A program made the translations under genes and the position numbers. This document shows, one piece after another, positions 1-10,824 of a stretch of 38,392 nt of DNA. The notes below the pieces were generated by a model that saw only the letters and a program-made list of their open reading frames with translations, had not been told where the DNA came from and did no database searches. How positions within the stretch are numbered: the first letter of the stretch is position 1; the number at the start of each line of letters is the position of its first letter. Where the stretch lies: NCBI GenBank assembly GCA_008369845.1, contig MRSU01003228.1, positions 1 to 38,392 of the forward strand, given 5' to 3'. Source of the DNA: Trichomonas gallinae (lineage: Eukaryota).

Positions 1-424
1 TTTTTTTTTTTTTTTTTTTTTTTTTTGAGTGTTGAAGAAAGCATAAAAGTATAGTTGATAGTATTGCAATATTAAGTATAGATATAACAAACAAGAAAAT
101 ATATACAACACTCTAAAAGAAGGATTGTATATTCTTTCGAAAGGTGATTTTTTGACTTTGTCACTACAATTTATACATGAAATATAAATGAATGATATAT
201 TTTTGAAATTTGCATGCTGTGTGTATTATAGTCTTGTTTGATAGAGCTTATTTGGATTTAATTTTTCAAAAGAAAAAGTTTACGTCAGAAGTTATAGAAA
301 CATATATATTCAGAGAGGAATATAAATAGATATTTCATTATTAAATTCATATAATAGTTAATGTTTAAAAAAAAAAAAATCAAAGATATGAAGCAAAAGC
401 TATTGTTTAATGTTAAGGAGGATT

Positions 425-856
425 TTAATACTGTGCAGCTTCTGCACTCTTCCTTGCTAATTCTTCAAACTTTGCTGGATTTTGATTATGTAAATCAGCT
501 GCATCGGGTCTGTATGCATCATCGAACTCTGGTTCCTTAAACAATTCATCAATATATTCCATTAAATCCTTGATGGTGCAGTCCTTTGTCCAATATTTCC
601 AGTAAGCCTTCAAGCAAATTTTACCTGTTTCAGTGATATTAGGATGATATATAGGTGTACCCATAACGATTTCAGGATGCACTTCTGGATAATTTTCAGA
701 AATCTTTAATTCACAGATAAATTGTCCGCCAGCCCAAAGACAGTCTTCAGGAGGGAAGTATACTAGCTGGAATTTTGATGGATCATCAGTTTCATCGATT
801 TGGAAGTTATAGGAACCATCATACTTCTCGAGCTCACACCTGAAAGCAAGGTTCAT
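425..856 (-). CDS. Ubiquitin/NEDD8-conjugating enzyme E2 (UBC domain; most reminiscent of the Ubc12/UBE2F group)
   Basis: UBC motifs NYPEVHP, PIYHPNITETGKICL (HPN plus catalytic Cys) and LFKEPEFDD..DAA. The ORF-track start at 874 is TTG; the first ATG is at 856. Confidence 0.9.
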   Translation of the reverse strand: MNLAFRCELEKYDGSYNFQIDETDDPSKFQLVYFPPEDCLWAGGQFICELKISENYPEVHPEIVMGTPIYHPNITETGKICLKAYWKYWTKDCTIKDLMEYIDELFKEPEFDDAYRPDAADLHNQNPAKFEELARKSAEAAQY

Positions 857-1370
857 AAAAAAAAATGGTAGCAAAATTTTTTACCCTTTAAAAATTCGCC
901 AACAGATTTTACATATTTACCCTTTAATTTTACCCTTTATAAATTTGCCATAATAGCGCAATATAATCCATAATAAAGTACAGGCCAAATAGGCAACATT
1001 TTTGTAAGGATGTCGCGAGGTAACCCACCCACCTGTTTTGCGATACCCCAGGGAAAAAAGTGGGTAACCAGTGGGCTGCCTGTCAAAAATACGTTTTTAA
1101 AAGCAGCGTTCATTACAATAGAAATGATAGCATTATTTATCCTAATTTGACAAAAGAGTTTTTTTGACAATACGACATGTCAAATGTAAATATTTTTACA
1201 TGTCAAAATAAATGATGTAAATATTTGTCAATTTGTAATGTAGAGTAAATAATAATGTCAAAATATAAATATCAATATTTATGAATAAAATAGATTATTT
1301 AATATATGTGCATCATGGATATGATTAAATTTGTTTTTTTGTAAAGTAGTCACTCATTGTGAGAAAAAAA

Positions 1371-1397
1371 AACGGTTTTGGTCAACGACCGTCCTTT
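1371..1397 (+). promoter_or_regulatory. Trichomonad M3 (AACGGTT, 1371-1377) plus M5 (CCTTT, 1393-1397) core promoter of RPS29
   Basis: Both motifs sit just upstream of ATG 1405. M3/M5 pairing is the known TATA-less alternative to Inr in T. vaginalis and is associated with ribosomal-protein genes. Confidence 0.7.
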
Positions 1398-1404
1398 TTA
1401 GCAA

Positions 1405-1578
1405 ATGCCAGTCGACTTTGTTCCGAAGCACCCACGTGATAATGCAAAGGGTTCCGCCGAGCGCTCTTGCCGCATCTGCGGAAAACGCCGCGGTGTCATC
1501 CGCCAGTATCGCCTTAACATCTGCCGTAGGTGCTTCCGCGAGCGCGCTGAACTTCTCGGCTTCAAGAAGTATGACTAA
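1405..1578 (+). CDS. RPS29: 40S ribosomal protein S29 (uS14), 57 aa
   Basis: Manual translation: MPVDFVPKHPRDNAKGSAERSCRICGKRRGVIRQYRLNICRRCFRERAELLGFKKYD*. It has the CxxC..CxxC zinc ribbon and GC-rich, biased codons. Absent from the ORF track (under 60 aa). Confidence 0.97.
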   Translation: MPVDFVPKHPRDNAKGSAERSCRICGKRRGVIRQYRLNICRRCFRERAELLGFKKYD

Positions 1579-2101
1579 ACGGTCGCGAAAGCTTTCCTAA
1601 ATACAGATTATTTTTAATTTACGTTCTTATTTACCTTAAATTTTTATATAATCGATCCACACTATACTAATCGATTTCAATTAGCTATAATATGAAAAAA
1701 TTGTTGCACTACTTAATAATCATTGGAATATTTCAAAATTTCTGAATTTTGATATTGAGAAATATTTTGATCCTATATATGAGAAATCAATATTAATAAT
1801 ACTAATCTATCCACAAAAGGATTAAACTTCTAATTCTAAACTATTTGATATAATGAAATATAATACATTTAAAAGATTTAATGTTAAACCGATACTTGTG
1901 CGAAGATTTAGAATGAGAACCAATAAAGGATTTGTTTCGATTAATTAGTTATCTTTCAATATTTTTATCAAAAAAAAATGAAAAATGAAAAATAAATTTT
2001 TTAATTTTTGTCACAACTTTAAAACAGCGCACATTTTTGACTTCAAATTATCCTGAAGATTAGTTCAATTTCTAATTATATATTTTTGAAAAAATTGTAA
2101 C

Positions 2102-2179
2102 TAAGGATGTCACTTTGGAAGAACTTTAGGAAAATGCAAAAACGCCTAAAAACCAATCTTCCAAGCGACGACATCCTTA
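2102..2179. mobile_element. ~78-bp MITE-like element, copy 1
   Basis: Perfect 10-bp terminal inverted repeat TAAGGATGTC...GACATCCTTA, extending imperfectly to TTGGAAGA. Flanks are TTGTAAC / ATGTAAC (putative TSD, 1 mismatch). 61/63 nt identical to the inverted copy at 12665-12727. Confidence 0.7.
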
Positions 2180-2529
2180 ATGTAACTCATAAATATTATG
2201 ATCTAATAAAAATTTCTGTGTACGGAATTGCGTATGTCAAATGCGTAAGGTAAATTTTTTACGCATTGAATTTTGCGTACCGGTACGTTCGTTATAATTA
2301 TGGATTCATTTCTAATATTGTTTGTATTCCGATGAAATTCTATCACCATAAATCTCTAATTTTGTATTACAGATAAAAATAAAATTTACAGCTAAAATTA
2401 CATGACAAAAATTTGGTCAAGACAAAAATCTCAAAATGAAAATTTCTTAAATTGCCATAATTTCTAATTTTAGACTCATATCACATCAAAAATGAAGTAA
2501 TAATTTTGAAAATTAATAGTCGAATTCAT

Positions 2530-5500
2530 ATGTTTGGTCAAATTAACATCCCACCTAAAGATGGAACAGAAATATTAACAGTGGATGGCAACAAAATGAA
2601 AGGCTCATTCATTGTCGATGATGTGAATGGCGTTGAGCAAGGAATTTCTACATGTCAATTCGTATATGACAACTTTACCTGTTATTTTATCATTAAAAGA
2701 AAAGCATCGTTTGTTGATAATATGTCTTTCATATTGAAATTTGAAACAAACAGAACAGAAAAATTCGAATTACTTTGTAACGTTTCTCTGCCTTCAAATC
2801 CTTCGATAATTGAATCCGCAAAATCAACCTTTGCTATGCAAAAGAATTCCATTACTGCTAATCTAAAAATGAAACCTGCAATTTTTCTAGATTCATTCAA
2901 AAATGGCTTAAAAGTTGATTTTGAAATATATACAGATGAGAAAACAACATATCCATTACAAAATACTTCAAAACCGAGCAATACACGTAAATTTGAAATT
3001 CCATCAAAAAATACAACAGATTTAGCCGAATACAAGATTGGAATGGCTGGAATACGCTTTACTGAGAATACTAATGGGTATTTTGAGTCAGATATATTTA
3101 AATTAGATCAAAGTACATTTTTCTTTGTTCTCTATAAAGAAGAAGGCTCTGATAAATACAAGTTTACAATACAAATAATCCATTTATCAGAAAAACAAAA
3201 ATCAAAACAATTACCTAAATTCACAGTTTCAATATTAAACTCTTCATTCGACTCACATTCATATGCAAACAAAAATTTAGTCTATGATACACAGTTTACT
3301 GACGAAAGCATTCCAAAATTCTTAGAAGGAGATAGTTGTATGATTAATTTTTTTAATGAAGGTAATTTTTTCGATATGAAACCAAAGAATACGATGAGGG
3401 GACCAAATTGGAATAACGCACAAAAAGCTGAATCAACCACTTCTGCAATTATCAATTTATTCTCAGGTCCAAATACAAACACAGTTGCATTTCCCGGTGC
3501 AAACACAAGTCAAAATACAACCAATCAGCAAAAAATGGGAACATCACCATTTGCCAATCTACACATGACTTTAGACAAAAATAATCAAAATGCCCAGAAT
3601 ACACAATCCACACAGTTAAAACTTGGTGTATCTACACCTGGTGTTCAAAATCCACAATTAAATCTTGATTTTTCTGGAGTAAAATCAGCCATGCAATTGA
3701 ATGGATTTGGAACATCCTCTTTCACAGCTAATAAAACAGAAACAAAGCCAAAAGATGCAACAACACCGAGTGCTGCATCGGTTTGGGAAAGTTCTACTAC
3801 CAAAACTAAAACCAATGCCCCTGCTTTTGGTCATTACAAATTTTCATGGCAAAAAGATAAGTCTAAAGAAGATATAACTGATACTTCAAAATCTACAAAC
3901 AAAGATGAGACAAATTACGAGGAAAGCGCTGTTCAAAAAGCATTCTCACAAACTACAAACACAATTAAACCAAAGCCAGTTACGAGAGCAACATCACAAA
4001 AGGTATTGACACCAGCATACGTTGCTCCACAGAAAGCAGAAGGTTTTGTTGGCTTAGCGAACCAAGGAGCGACATGCTACTTGAATTCTGCAATTCAAAG
4101 CTTCTTCCACACTCCTGCTTTCAGACGATTGGTTTATATGATGCCTACAACAGGCGAAGAAGATCCAACTAAAAGCATTCCTTTGGCTCTGCAAAGATTG
4201 TTCACAGAAATGCAGTTCTCAAAATCTCCTGTGTCAACGAAGATGCTGACGACTAGCTTCGGATGGACTTCCTCAATGGCACTGACACAGCATGATATTC
4301 AAGAATTCATCAGAGTTTTGACTGATAATCTCGAAAACAAACTCAAACAATGCCAGCTCGACAAAGTTTTGACTGGTTTATACGTCGGAAAGATCAGGAC
4401 ATATAGAAGAGCTGTCAATGTCGACTTCAAATCAGAGAATGTTGAAGTATTTTACGATATCGATTTGTCAGTTGTCGGCTGCAACAATATAATGGAAGCT
4501 TTCGAGAAATACATCGAGCCAGAATTGCTGACAGGTGACAACCAGTACAAAACAGAAGAATTCGGACTCCAAGATATTAAATACGGAACAGAATTCGTCG
4601 AATTCCCATCAATCCTCCAAATCCATCTCGGAAGGTGGCAGATATCACCTATGGGAACAATGGAGAAAGTTAATACGAGATTCGAATTTGATGAAGTTCT
4701 CGATTTGTCCAAGTTCTTGGCCCAAGACTCAGAAAAAGGCAATGCCCCGGTCTACAAACTCACAGGAGTCTTAGTGCACAGCGGCAGATACGGCGGAGGA
4801 CATTACTATGCATATCTTTGGAGCGAAGAGAAGAAGATGTGGCACAAATTCAACGACAGCAGCGTAACTGTCTCTTCTCCATCAGAAGCCATCGATGACA
4901 ACTTCGGCGGAGTGGGATCAACAGGCTACGCAAAGAGCCACTCAGCATACATGTTGATTTATGTAAGAAAGGCTGACATTGACGATATTATGGCGCCAGT
5001 CGAAAAGAGCCAGGTCCCACAGCATTGCTTGGAATGGTTTGAAAACAAGAGAGACGCCAAATACGACTATAAATATGATGATGACATATTCGGTAGCTAT
5101 TATGGCTCCGCATACGGTAAAAGTGTTTATTCAGCTGCACCCAAGATTGTTCCTGTTTATATTTTAGCTATTTCTGATCTTACTGGTCTGGGAGCGAAGT
5201 CTACTCCTAAAGAGATGCCAGAAAAGAGCATGGAAGTCGAACTAAAGTCTGTTGGAACAACAATTTTAGGCTCGGAAATCTACAAAGCGGCTGCTGAAAA
5301 GTACAAAGTCGACAGAGAGAAAATCAGAATCTTTGAGTGCAATGGAAAGCCAGGAAAGTTCATCCCAGACAAAGAAGTCAATGTTCACTCAGGCTACACT
5401 TACTCGATTACTTCTTATACATACTGCGTCGAGTTTTTGAACGAGAAGTCAGAAACAGAAATCGAAGGAAAGACAATGATTTTGCCGAGATTGTTCAAAG

Positions 5501-6831
5501 ATGGCGAATTCAAGAATCTAGACTTTTTGTTTGTTCCATCGAATTATTTAGTTTCCGACATCGAAAAAGCAATACAAAAGAGAGAATCAATCAGCGAAGA
5601 GTTGACGCTTTCTATAATATCAACAGATGGAAGTGTCATGCAGCTTGACAAGACAGTCAAGCTACCAGCATATACGACTACAGGTACATCTATTTACGTC
5701 GACGTCAGGAAAGAAAGCGAGCAAATGGATGAAATAGATTATACACCGAACGAAGAAAAACTCATCTACTTGACATCGAAGAATAATGATACTTTTGGAA
5801 ATTGGTATGATAATAGTTTCAACACTGAAGTTCTTGACATCCACAATCTTTCTGATCCAGACACTTTAATGTTCGCTTTCAAGCTCTCCAAGTCGAAGAT
5901 GACTCTCGACGACTTGAAGAAACACATTGCCAAAGCAGCGAATATCGACTACGATCCAGAAAAGAACGCGATACAGATATACAAGCCATCAACAGAAGGA
6001 ATGCCATCAACGACACCGACATCATCGAAACTGTTTCCGAACGTTAAGTCATTATTCATGACACCACCATCATCTTTCAAGCTCGAAAGACACCGAATTT
6101 ACTTCACTTTCATCGATGGATATAGCGAGAAGAATCTAGGAGACATGATTGTTTACTCTGTTATATACTCCGCTGACTGCATACATCACACAAATCAAGC
6201 CAAGATAGTCATGCCAAGAGGTGTAACATACAACCAAGTTATTGCTGAAGCAGCGAAAACATTGAACTTCAATCCAGATAAATGCACTGTCATGCTTCTC
6301 ACTGCAACAACGAATGCATCAGATGGCTTTGTTCGCGACTTTACTACTGTAGCATCAACTTACCAGAAGATTAGGATCGACATTCCGAAAGACAACAGCC
6401 ATATCATTGGATATGAAATTACTAAAGAAAATGATCAAAACTCGATTTTGTTCGAAGTACACGAGAAAACTTCGCCATACACAACAAATTCTATATTGCA
6501 ATGCATAGTTAAAATCGAAGAAGATGAAACACTCGAGCAGTTTATTAAAAAAGTCGAAGAGCAAATCCCAGAAATAAAGAATCCAGACGGAACATTCCTG
6601 ATTGTTGGTAAATATTCATATGATTATAAGTATCCAACAGAAAGAAGTCGGTTATTCGAGATGATGCATAAAGTGAAATCGAAAGTCCTTGTATTCGAAA
6701 TCAATAAATATTCTCCAGCCACAACAACTACTACTTCTACAACAACTGCATCTAATTCAACATCATCAACTGCAGCAGCTGCTCCAAAGAATTCCATATA
6801 CAGATCTGCATCTTTGAAGATATATAATTAA
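2530..6831 (+). CDS. Ubiquitin-specific protease, clan CA family C19 (USP7/Ubp15-like)
   Basis: Cys box GLANQGATCYLNS, QHDIQEF, His box GVLVHSGRYGGGHYYAY, WHKFNDSSV and SAYMLIY. The N-terminus is beta-rich and possibly MATH-like, with a long C-terminal region. First ATG at 2530 (track start 2506 is TTG). Confidence 0.93.
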   Translation: MFGQINIPPKDGTEILTVDGNKMKGSFIVDDVNGVEQGISTCQFVYDNFTCYFIIKRKASFVDNMSFILKFETNRTEKFELLCNVSLPSNPSIIESAKSTFAMQKNSITANLKMKPAIFLDSFKNGLKVDFEIYTDEKTTYPLQNTSKPSNTRKFEIPSKNTTDLAEYKIGMAGIRFTENTNGYFESDIFKLDQSTFFFVLYKEEGSDKYKFTIQIIHLSEKQKSKQLPKFTVSILNSSFDSHSYANKNLVYDTQFTDESIPKFLEGDSCMINFFNEGNFFDMKPKNTMRGPNWNNAQKAESTTSAIINLFSGPNTNTVAFPGANTSQNTTNQQKMGTSPFANLHMTLDKNNQNAQNTQSTQLKLGVSTPGVQNPQLNLDFSGVKSAMQLNGFGTSSFTANKTETKPKDATTPSAASVWESSTTKTKTNAPAFGHYKFSWQKDKSKEDITDTSKSTNKDETNYEESAVQKAFSQTTNTIKPKPVTRATSQKVLTPAYVAPQKAEGFVGLANQGATCYLNSAIQSFFHTPAFRRLVYMMPTTGEEDPTKSIPLALQRLFTEMQFSKSPVSTKMLTTSFGWTSSMALTQHDIQEFIRVLTDNLENKLKQCQLDKVLTGLYVGKIRTYRRAVNVDFKSENVEVFYDIDLSVVGCNNIMEAFEKYIEPELLTGDNQYKTEEFGLQDIKYGTEFVEFPSILQIHLGRWQISPMGTMEKVNTRFEFDEVLDLSKFLAQDSEKGNAPVYKLTGVLVHSGRYGGGHYYAYLWSEEKKMWHKFNDSSVTVSSPSEAIDDNFGGVGSTGYAKSHSAYMLIYVRKADIDDIMAPVEKSQVPQHCLEWFENKRDAKYDYKYDDDIFGSYYGSAYGKSVYSAAPKIVPVYILAISDLTGLGAKSTPKEMPEKSMEVELKSVGTTILGSEIYKAAAEKYKVDREKIRIFECNGKPGKFIPDKEVNVHSGYTYSITSYTYCVEFLNEKSETEIEGKTMILPRLFKDGEFKNLDFLFVPSNYLVSDIEKAIQKRESISEELTLSIISTDGSVMQLDKTVKLPAYTTTGTSIYVDVRKESEQMDEIDYTPNEEKLIYLTSKNNDTFGNWYDNSFNTEVLDIHNLSDPDTLMFAFKLSKSKMTLDDLKKHIAKAANIDYDPEKNAIQIYKPSTEGMPSTTPTSSKLFPNVKSLFMTPPSSFKLERHRIYFTFIDGYSEKNLGDMIVYSVIYSADCIHHTNQAKIVMPRGVTYNQVIAEAAKTLNFNPDKCTVMLLTATTNASDGFVRDFTTVASTYQKIRIDIPKDNSHIIGYEITKENDQNSILFEVHEKTSPYTTNSILQCIVKIEEDETLEQFIKKVEEQIPEIKNPDGTFLIVGKYSYDYKYPTERSRLFEMMHKVKSKVLVFEINKYSPATTTTTSTTTASNSTSSTAAAAPKNSIYRSASLKIYN

Positions 6832-7322
6832 ATAAATATTCTATTCTTTGACAATATATTTTATATTTTTTTGATTCATAAAGTTGCAATATTAAATGCT
6901 TGTATTAATGTTATTTTCGCGTAAATGCAATCGAATATACACAAAAACATATGGAATTTCGTTAGAATAAAATTGAAATAGTTGATTATTCACATCAGAT
7001 CATGAATTAGAAAGTAAATTTGAAATGCTTTCATAGAGTGATGATTAATATGTGAGTGATATTAAATTTGCTTGCAAATATTGTTTTGATGAATTGAAAA
7101 TTAGAATAAATTACTGAATGTCACGAATATTTGATTATACTTGTAGATGCGGATTCATTTTAGCGCAGAAAAATGTGGAAGTTGGTTGGTTTTACTAATA
7201 AATCGAATTTCTCAGTCGAAAGTGCCAATGCATCATTTGTTAAAAAGATTGATTGGCTATAAACGAATAAAATATCTGTATAGATTTATTTTCCAAAAGG
7301 TAGAAATAAATAATAGAAAAAT

Positions 7323-7661
7323 TTACTTGTTAGCAGCGATGTTAGCCTTGATCTTATCAACATTGCAGCCAACAACTGTGTCGACCTGGTCGTAGTCGCC
7401 ATCGTGAGCCTTGCAGAAGCAGATGTGCGGGATGGATGAAACGCCGAACTTGGAAGCAGCAGCATCGTTCTGATCGATATCAACCTTGATGAATGTAACA
7501 TCTGGGTTCTCAGATGCGATGCCTGGGAGGAGCTGGCCTAAGCGCTTGCATGGGCCGCACCATGTGGCAAAGAAGTCGACGACGACGAGACCCTTCTTAG
7601 CCTTGATTGTGTTTTCGAGTTCTTCTGGGGAGCCGTTGAAGTGGATGATGGAGTCAGCCAT
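7323..7661 (-). CDS. trx: Thioredoxin
   Basis: VVVDFFATWCGPCK active site and SSIP cis-Pro motif; 112 aa; strongly biased GC3-rich codons; Inr TCATT about 15 nt upstream on the minus strand. Confidence 0.97.
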   Translation of the reverse strand: MADSIIHFNGSPEELENTIKAKKGLVVVDFFATWCGPCKRLGQLLPGIASENPDVTFIKVDIDQNDAAASKFGVSSIPHICFCKAHDGDYDQVDTVVGCNVDKIKANIAANK

Positions 7662-8757
7662 AAGATTCCTAAAATGAACTCGTTTTGTAAACTTATCAAA
7701 TTCATCTCACTTTTTCATCATTCGACCAATTAAAACTTTACATGATTTTTGGCCAGCCGATAAATGTCGAATACTTAGTATTCTCCTATATATCTTTTTG
7801 TTTCTTGTCTTTTTTGCTATAATATATAGTATGTCAGTTATATATAAATTTTAAAGATTGAAAAATAAAAAGTGGATTTTTATAAAAATTTGCTTAACTT
7901 GCATCAAACATTCAAAAAGTGACAGACCAATCAAAAAAAATTTGCAAAAATTTCAAAAATAATCAAATTTCATGCAGCTTTTTCAAAATTGGGCGGATAG
8001 AATAGGGATAATTAGTGCTGGCTGATATGATACTGATTTTATAATTACCAAATTTCTTCAAAAAATTATAATGCTGAAAATACAATGCATACATGATAGT
8101 TAATGGTATTTTGAGTTCCAATTTGAATTATATAGAATATTATTTGACGTTAACTTGAAATATCGATTTTGTTGCAAATGAATTATTGTGATCAATTATG
8201 TATGCACAATTTTATTAGTATCAAATGGGCACATAAAACAATTCCTTAAACTTAATTTCAGCATTGTGCAAAAATTGCAACTATCCAGTAAAACGCTAAA
8301 ATACCAATCTGTACATGTATATTAACCATAGACTTAGATTCCGATATGATTATACCCAAAATTAAATATCTAAAAATTTGAATATTACGAGTATAATCAG
8401 TATCAATAGACAATAATCCACACATATTCTTTATGTATATATAGGCATAGTTTCATTTGCTGTATATGCTGTGTATTTGACTTTTGCAAAATAATGAACA
8501 AATTGAAGTGAAAGTCTAGTAAAATCTAAGGTATTCAGCATCGAAGTAGTTATGAAAAATTTTGCATGAATAGATACATATATATATATATACATATCTA
8601 CGCATGCATAATTCTAGAATCAATGAAGAAAACTAATTATGTTATGTAATTTCGAATTGTTGACATGTAAAGTTCGAAAATCTACCATGTAAATTTTTAA
8701 AACTGACATGTAAAATTTTTAGGAAATATGCCAAGTAAATTGTAAGAAAAATTTGTA

Positions 8758-10824
8758 ATGTCAAAATTTCATATAATGCTAAGTTTATTCCTTCAGTGTT
8801 GTATCTCTTTTGAGAGGAGTATGACATATGAAGGAGTTTCTATCAAGTATGGTGTCGACCAGGGAGGCTTTGCTTACTTTGGTTGGGCCGAAAAGAAGAG
8901 AAATGCTGTGAATTTCAGTTACACAGGCCACGTTGAACTTCCTGAAGCCATTGTTTACAGAAACAAGACAATAATGTTCAAGATGATCAAGGAATTGGCT
9001 TTTGCAAACACGAAAATTAAGTCAATTTCTCTTCCAGCGACTTTGCAGTGGATTGCGCGATCAGCCTTCGAAAATTGCACAGCTATTACAAGTATCGACG
9101 CTTCTCACACGAATTTATCAATGATTGACAGATTAGCTTTCAGAAATTGCTTAAATCTTCGTGTTTTCAAGATTCCAAGCACTGTATACGCGATAGGACG
9201 ATCAGCATTCGAAAATACACCGATAATCAGCATCGCAAACGTTAATTACACTTTGATTGAAGATTTCGCATTTTCAAATAACAACGAAATCGTTGAAGTA
9301 GACTTGTCTGCTTCCTCACTTATGGTAATTGGCACATCACTATTCGAAAACTGCACGAGACTGACAAAAGTCGTCCTTCCTAAGACTGTTTACTGGATAA
9401 AAAGCAATGCTTTCGCTAGAACGAAAATATTTAACTTAGAATTACCGCAAAACATTCAGCTAGTTCATAGATATGTGTTTTGCGGCTGCCAGTCGATTAC
9501 TGTTGCTAATTTAGAAATTTATCCTATGAAATGCGTCGCTGATGGACTTTATTGCAATTGCACAAGTCTGGAGCGTGTAATATTGCCTAAAATGTGCTAC
9601 TGGATTGGCCCTTATGCGTTTTACAACACAAAAATTCACGAAATTCAAATTCCGAAAGAATGCCACACTTTAGGTGAATGGTGTTTTGGCAAATGCAACA
9701 TGTTGACTAAAATCGACATTTCAGAAACAAAAATCGAAGAATTACCAGATGGAATATTTTATAACTGTACAGCATTGAAGACATTCAAAAATACGCCAAA
9801 TATCAAAGTAATTGGTGCTTATGCGCTATATAATACACAAGTCACAGATATTGGACTTCTTAGAAAATTAGAAAAATTAGATTCGAATTCTTTTACGAAT
9901 ACAAAGATAGAAAAGGTTGATATGATTAATGCTTCAATCAAAGAAATTCCTCCAAAGCTGTTTTACAGAAACAAATACATTCAAGAAGTTAATCTCTCGA
10001 ATTACACGAAAATTATTGGCGATTATGTGTTTGCAGAGACAAATTTCAAGACAATGATTATGCCATTTAACATTTCAAAGATGGGTGAAGGAGTTTTCCA
10101 AAAATGCAAGAATTTAGTTTATTTATTTATGAATACAACAAGAATCCTCGAACTCAAAGCATATTCATTTGAAGAATGCCTAGAATTAGTGACAGTCCGT
10201 GTTCCAAGATACCTAAATACAATAGGAAAAGCTTGTTTCAAGAATTGTCCAAACTTAGAATGTGTTTTTGGATCAAAGCGTTTAAGAATGATACATGCAT
10301 ACGCATTCTATAACTGTACAAGCATCCACGAGGTTGATTTCACTAAAACACAAATTCAATATATTGAAGAATCAGCTTTTGAGAATTGTTTGAACTTAAC
10401 AAGATTTGTTATGTGCTATTCTACTCTTGGAACAGGTCCTCGTGTGTTTGCAAACACAAAATTGAAATTTTTCGAATTCTATCATAATATAGGAACATTT
10501 TGCTTCTCTGGATGCACTAATTTGCGCGTTGTTAACATGAGTAGGAGCCCAATAACAATATTGAACTCTGCAATATTTGATGGATGCACAAAACTTGAAA
10601 TTGTTCACCTTCCAAGAGATTTGACATTCATCGGCAAATCTGTGTTCAGAGGTTGTAAGAATTTGCAGCTATTTTTCTTCAGTGGAACAAAAGATATTGA
10701 ATTTGCAAAATTACCACATAATTCGAAGGTTTATGTGACAGAAAAGTACAACTACACCTCATTTGCGTCATTGCCTGTATCTCCTATTCCAGTTGACTTT
10801 AATATTAGTTTATACTCGAAATAA
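8758..10824 (+). CDS. BspA-like leucine-rich repeat (TpLRR/LRR_5) surface protein
   Basis: Many repeats of I..xAFxxCxxLxxVxLPxxVxxI. Hydrophobic N-terminus MLSLFLQCCIS, so the true start may be ATG 8776. No obvious C-terminal TM segment. Confidence 0.93.
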   Translation: MSKFHIMLSLFLQCCISFERSMTYEGVSIKYGVDQGGFAYFGWAEKKRNAVNFSYTGHVELPEAIVYRNKTIMFKMIKELAFANTKIKSISLPATLQWIARSAFENCTAITSIDASHTNLSMIDRLAFRNCLNLRVFKIPSTVYAIGRSAFENTPIISIANVNYTLIEDFAFSNNNEIVEVDLSASSLMVIGTSLFENCTRLTKVVLPKTVYWIKSNAFARTKIFNLELPQNIQLVHRYVFCGCQSITVANLEIYPMKCVADGLYCNCTSLERVILPKMCYWIGPYAFYNTKIHEIQIPKECHTLGEWCFGKCNMLTKIDISETKIEELPDGIFYNCTALKTFKNTPNIKVIGAYALYNTQVTDIGLLRKLEKLDSNSFTNTKIEKVDMINASIKEIPPKLFYRNKYIQEVNLSNYTKIIGDYVFAETNFKTMIMPFNISKMGEGVFQKCKNLVYLFMNTTRILELKAYSFEECLELVTVRVPRYLNTIGKACFKNCPNLECVFGSKRLRMIHAYAFYNCTSIHEVDFTKTQIQYIEESAFENCLNLTRFVMCYSTLGTGPRVFANTKLKFFEFYHNIGTFCFSGCTNLRVVNMSRSPITILNSAIFDGCTKLEIVHLPRDLTFIGKSVFRGCKNLQLFFFSGTKDIEFAKLPHNSKVYVTEKYNYTSFASLPVSPIPVDFNISLYSK

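Noticed and set aside
1..27. Poly(T) run at the window start
   Set aside because: Truncated at the edge with no context; homopolymers are frequent here (e.g. 367-378, 18323-18336).
880..939. Telomere-like repeat
   Set aside because: The unit is CCCTTTA rather than CCCTAA(A), and the copies are not a contiguous tandem array.
937..1600. ORF-track calls 937..1170(-) and 1331..1600(+)
   Set aside because: Both have TTG starts and no family motifs; the second is an off-frame shadow of RPS29.
8571..8600. (TA)n tract with self-complementary flanks
   Set aside because: Ordinary microsatellite; TA repeats are trivially palindromic.
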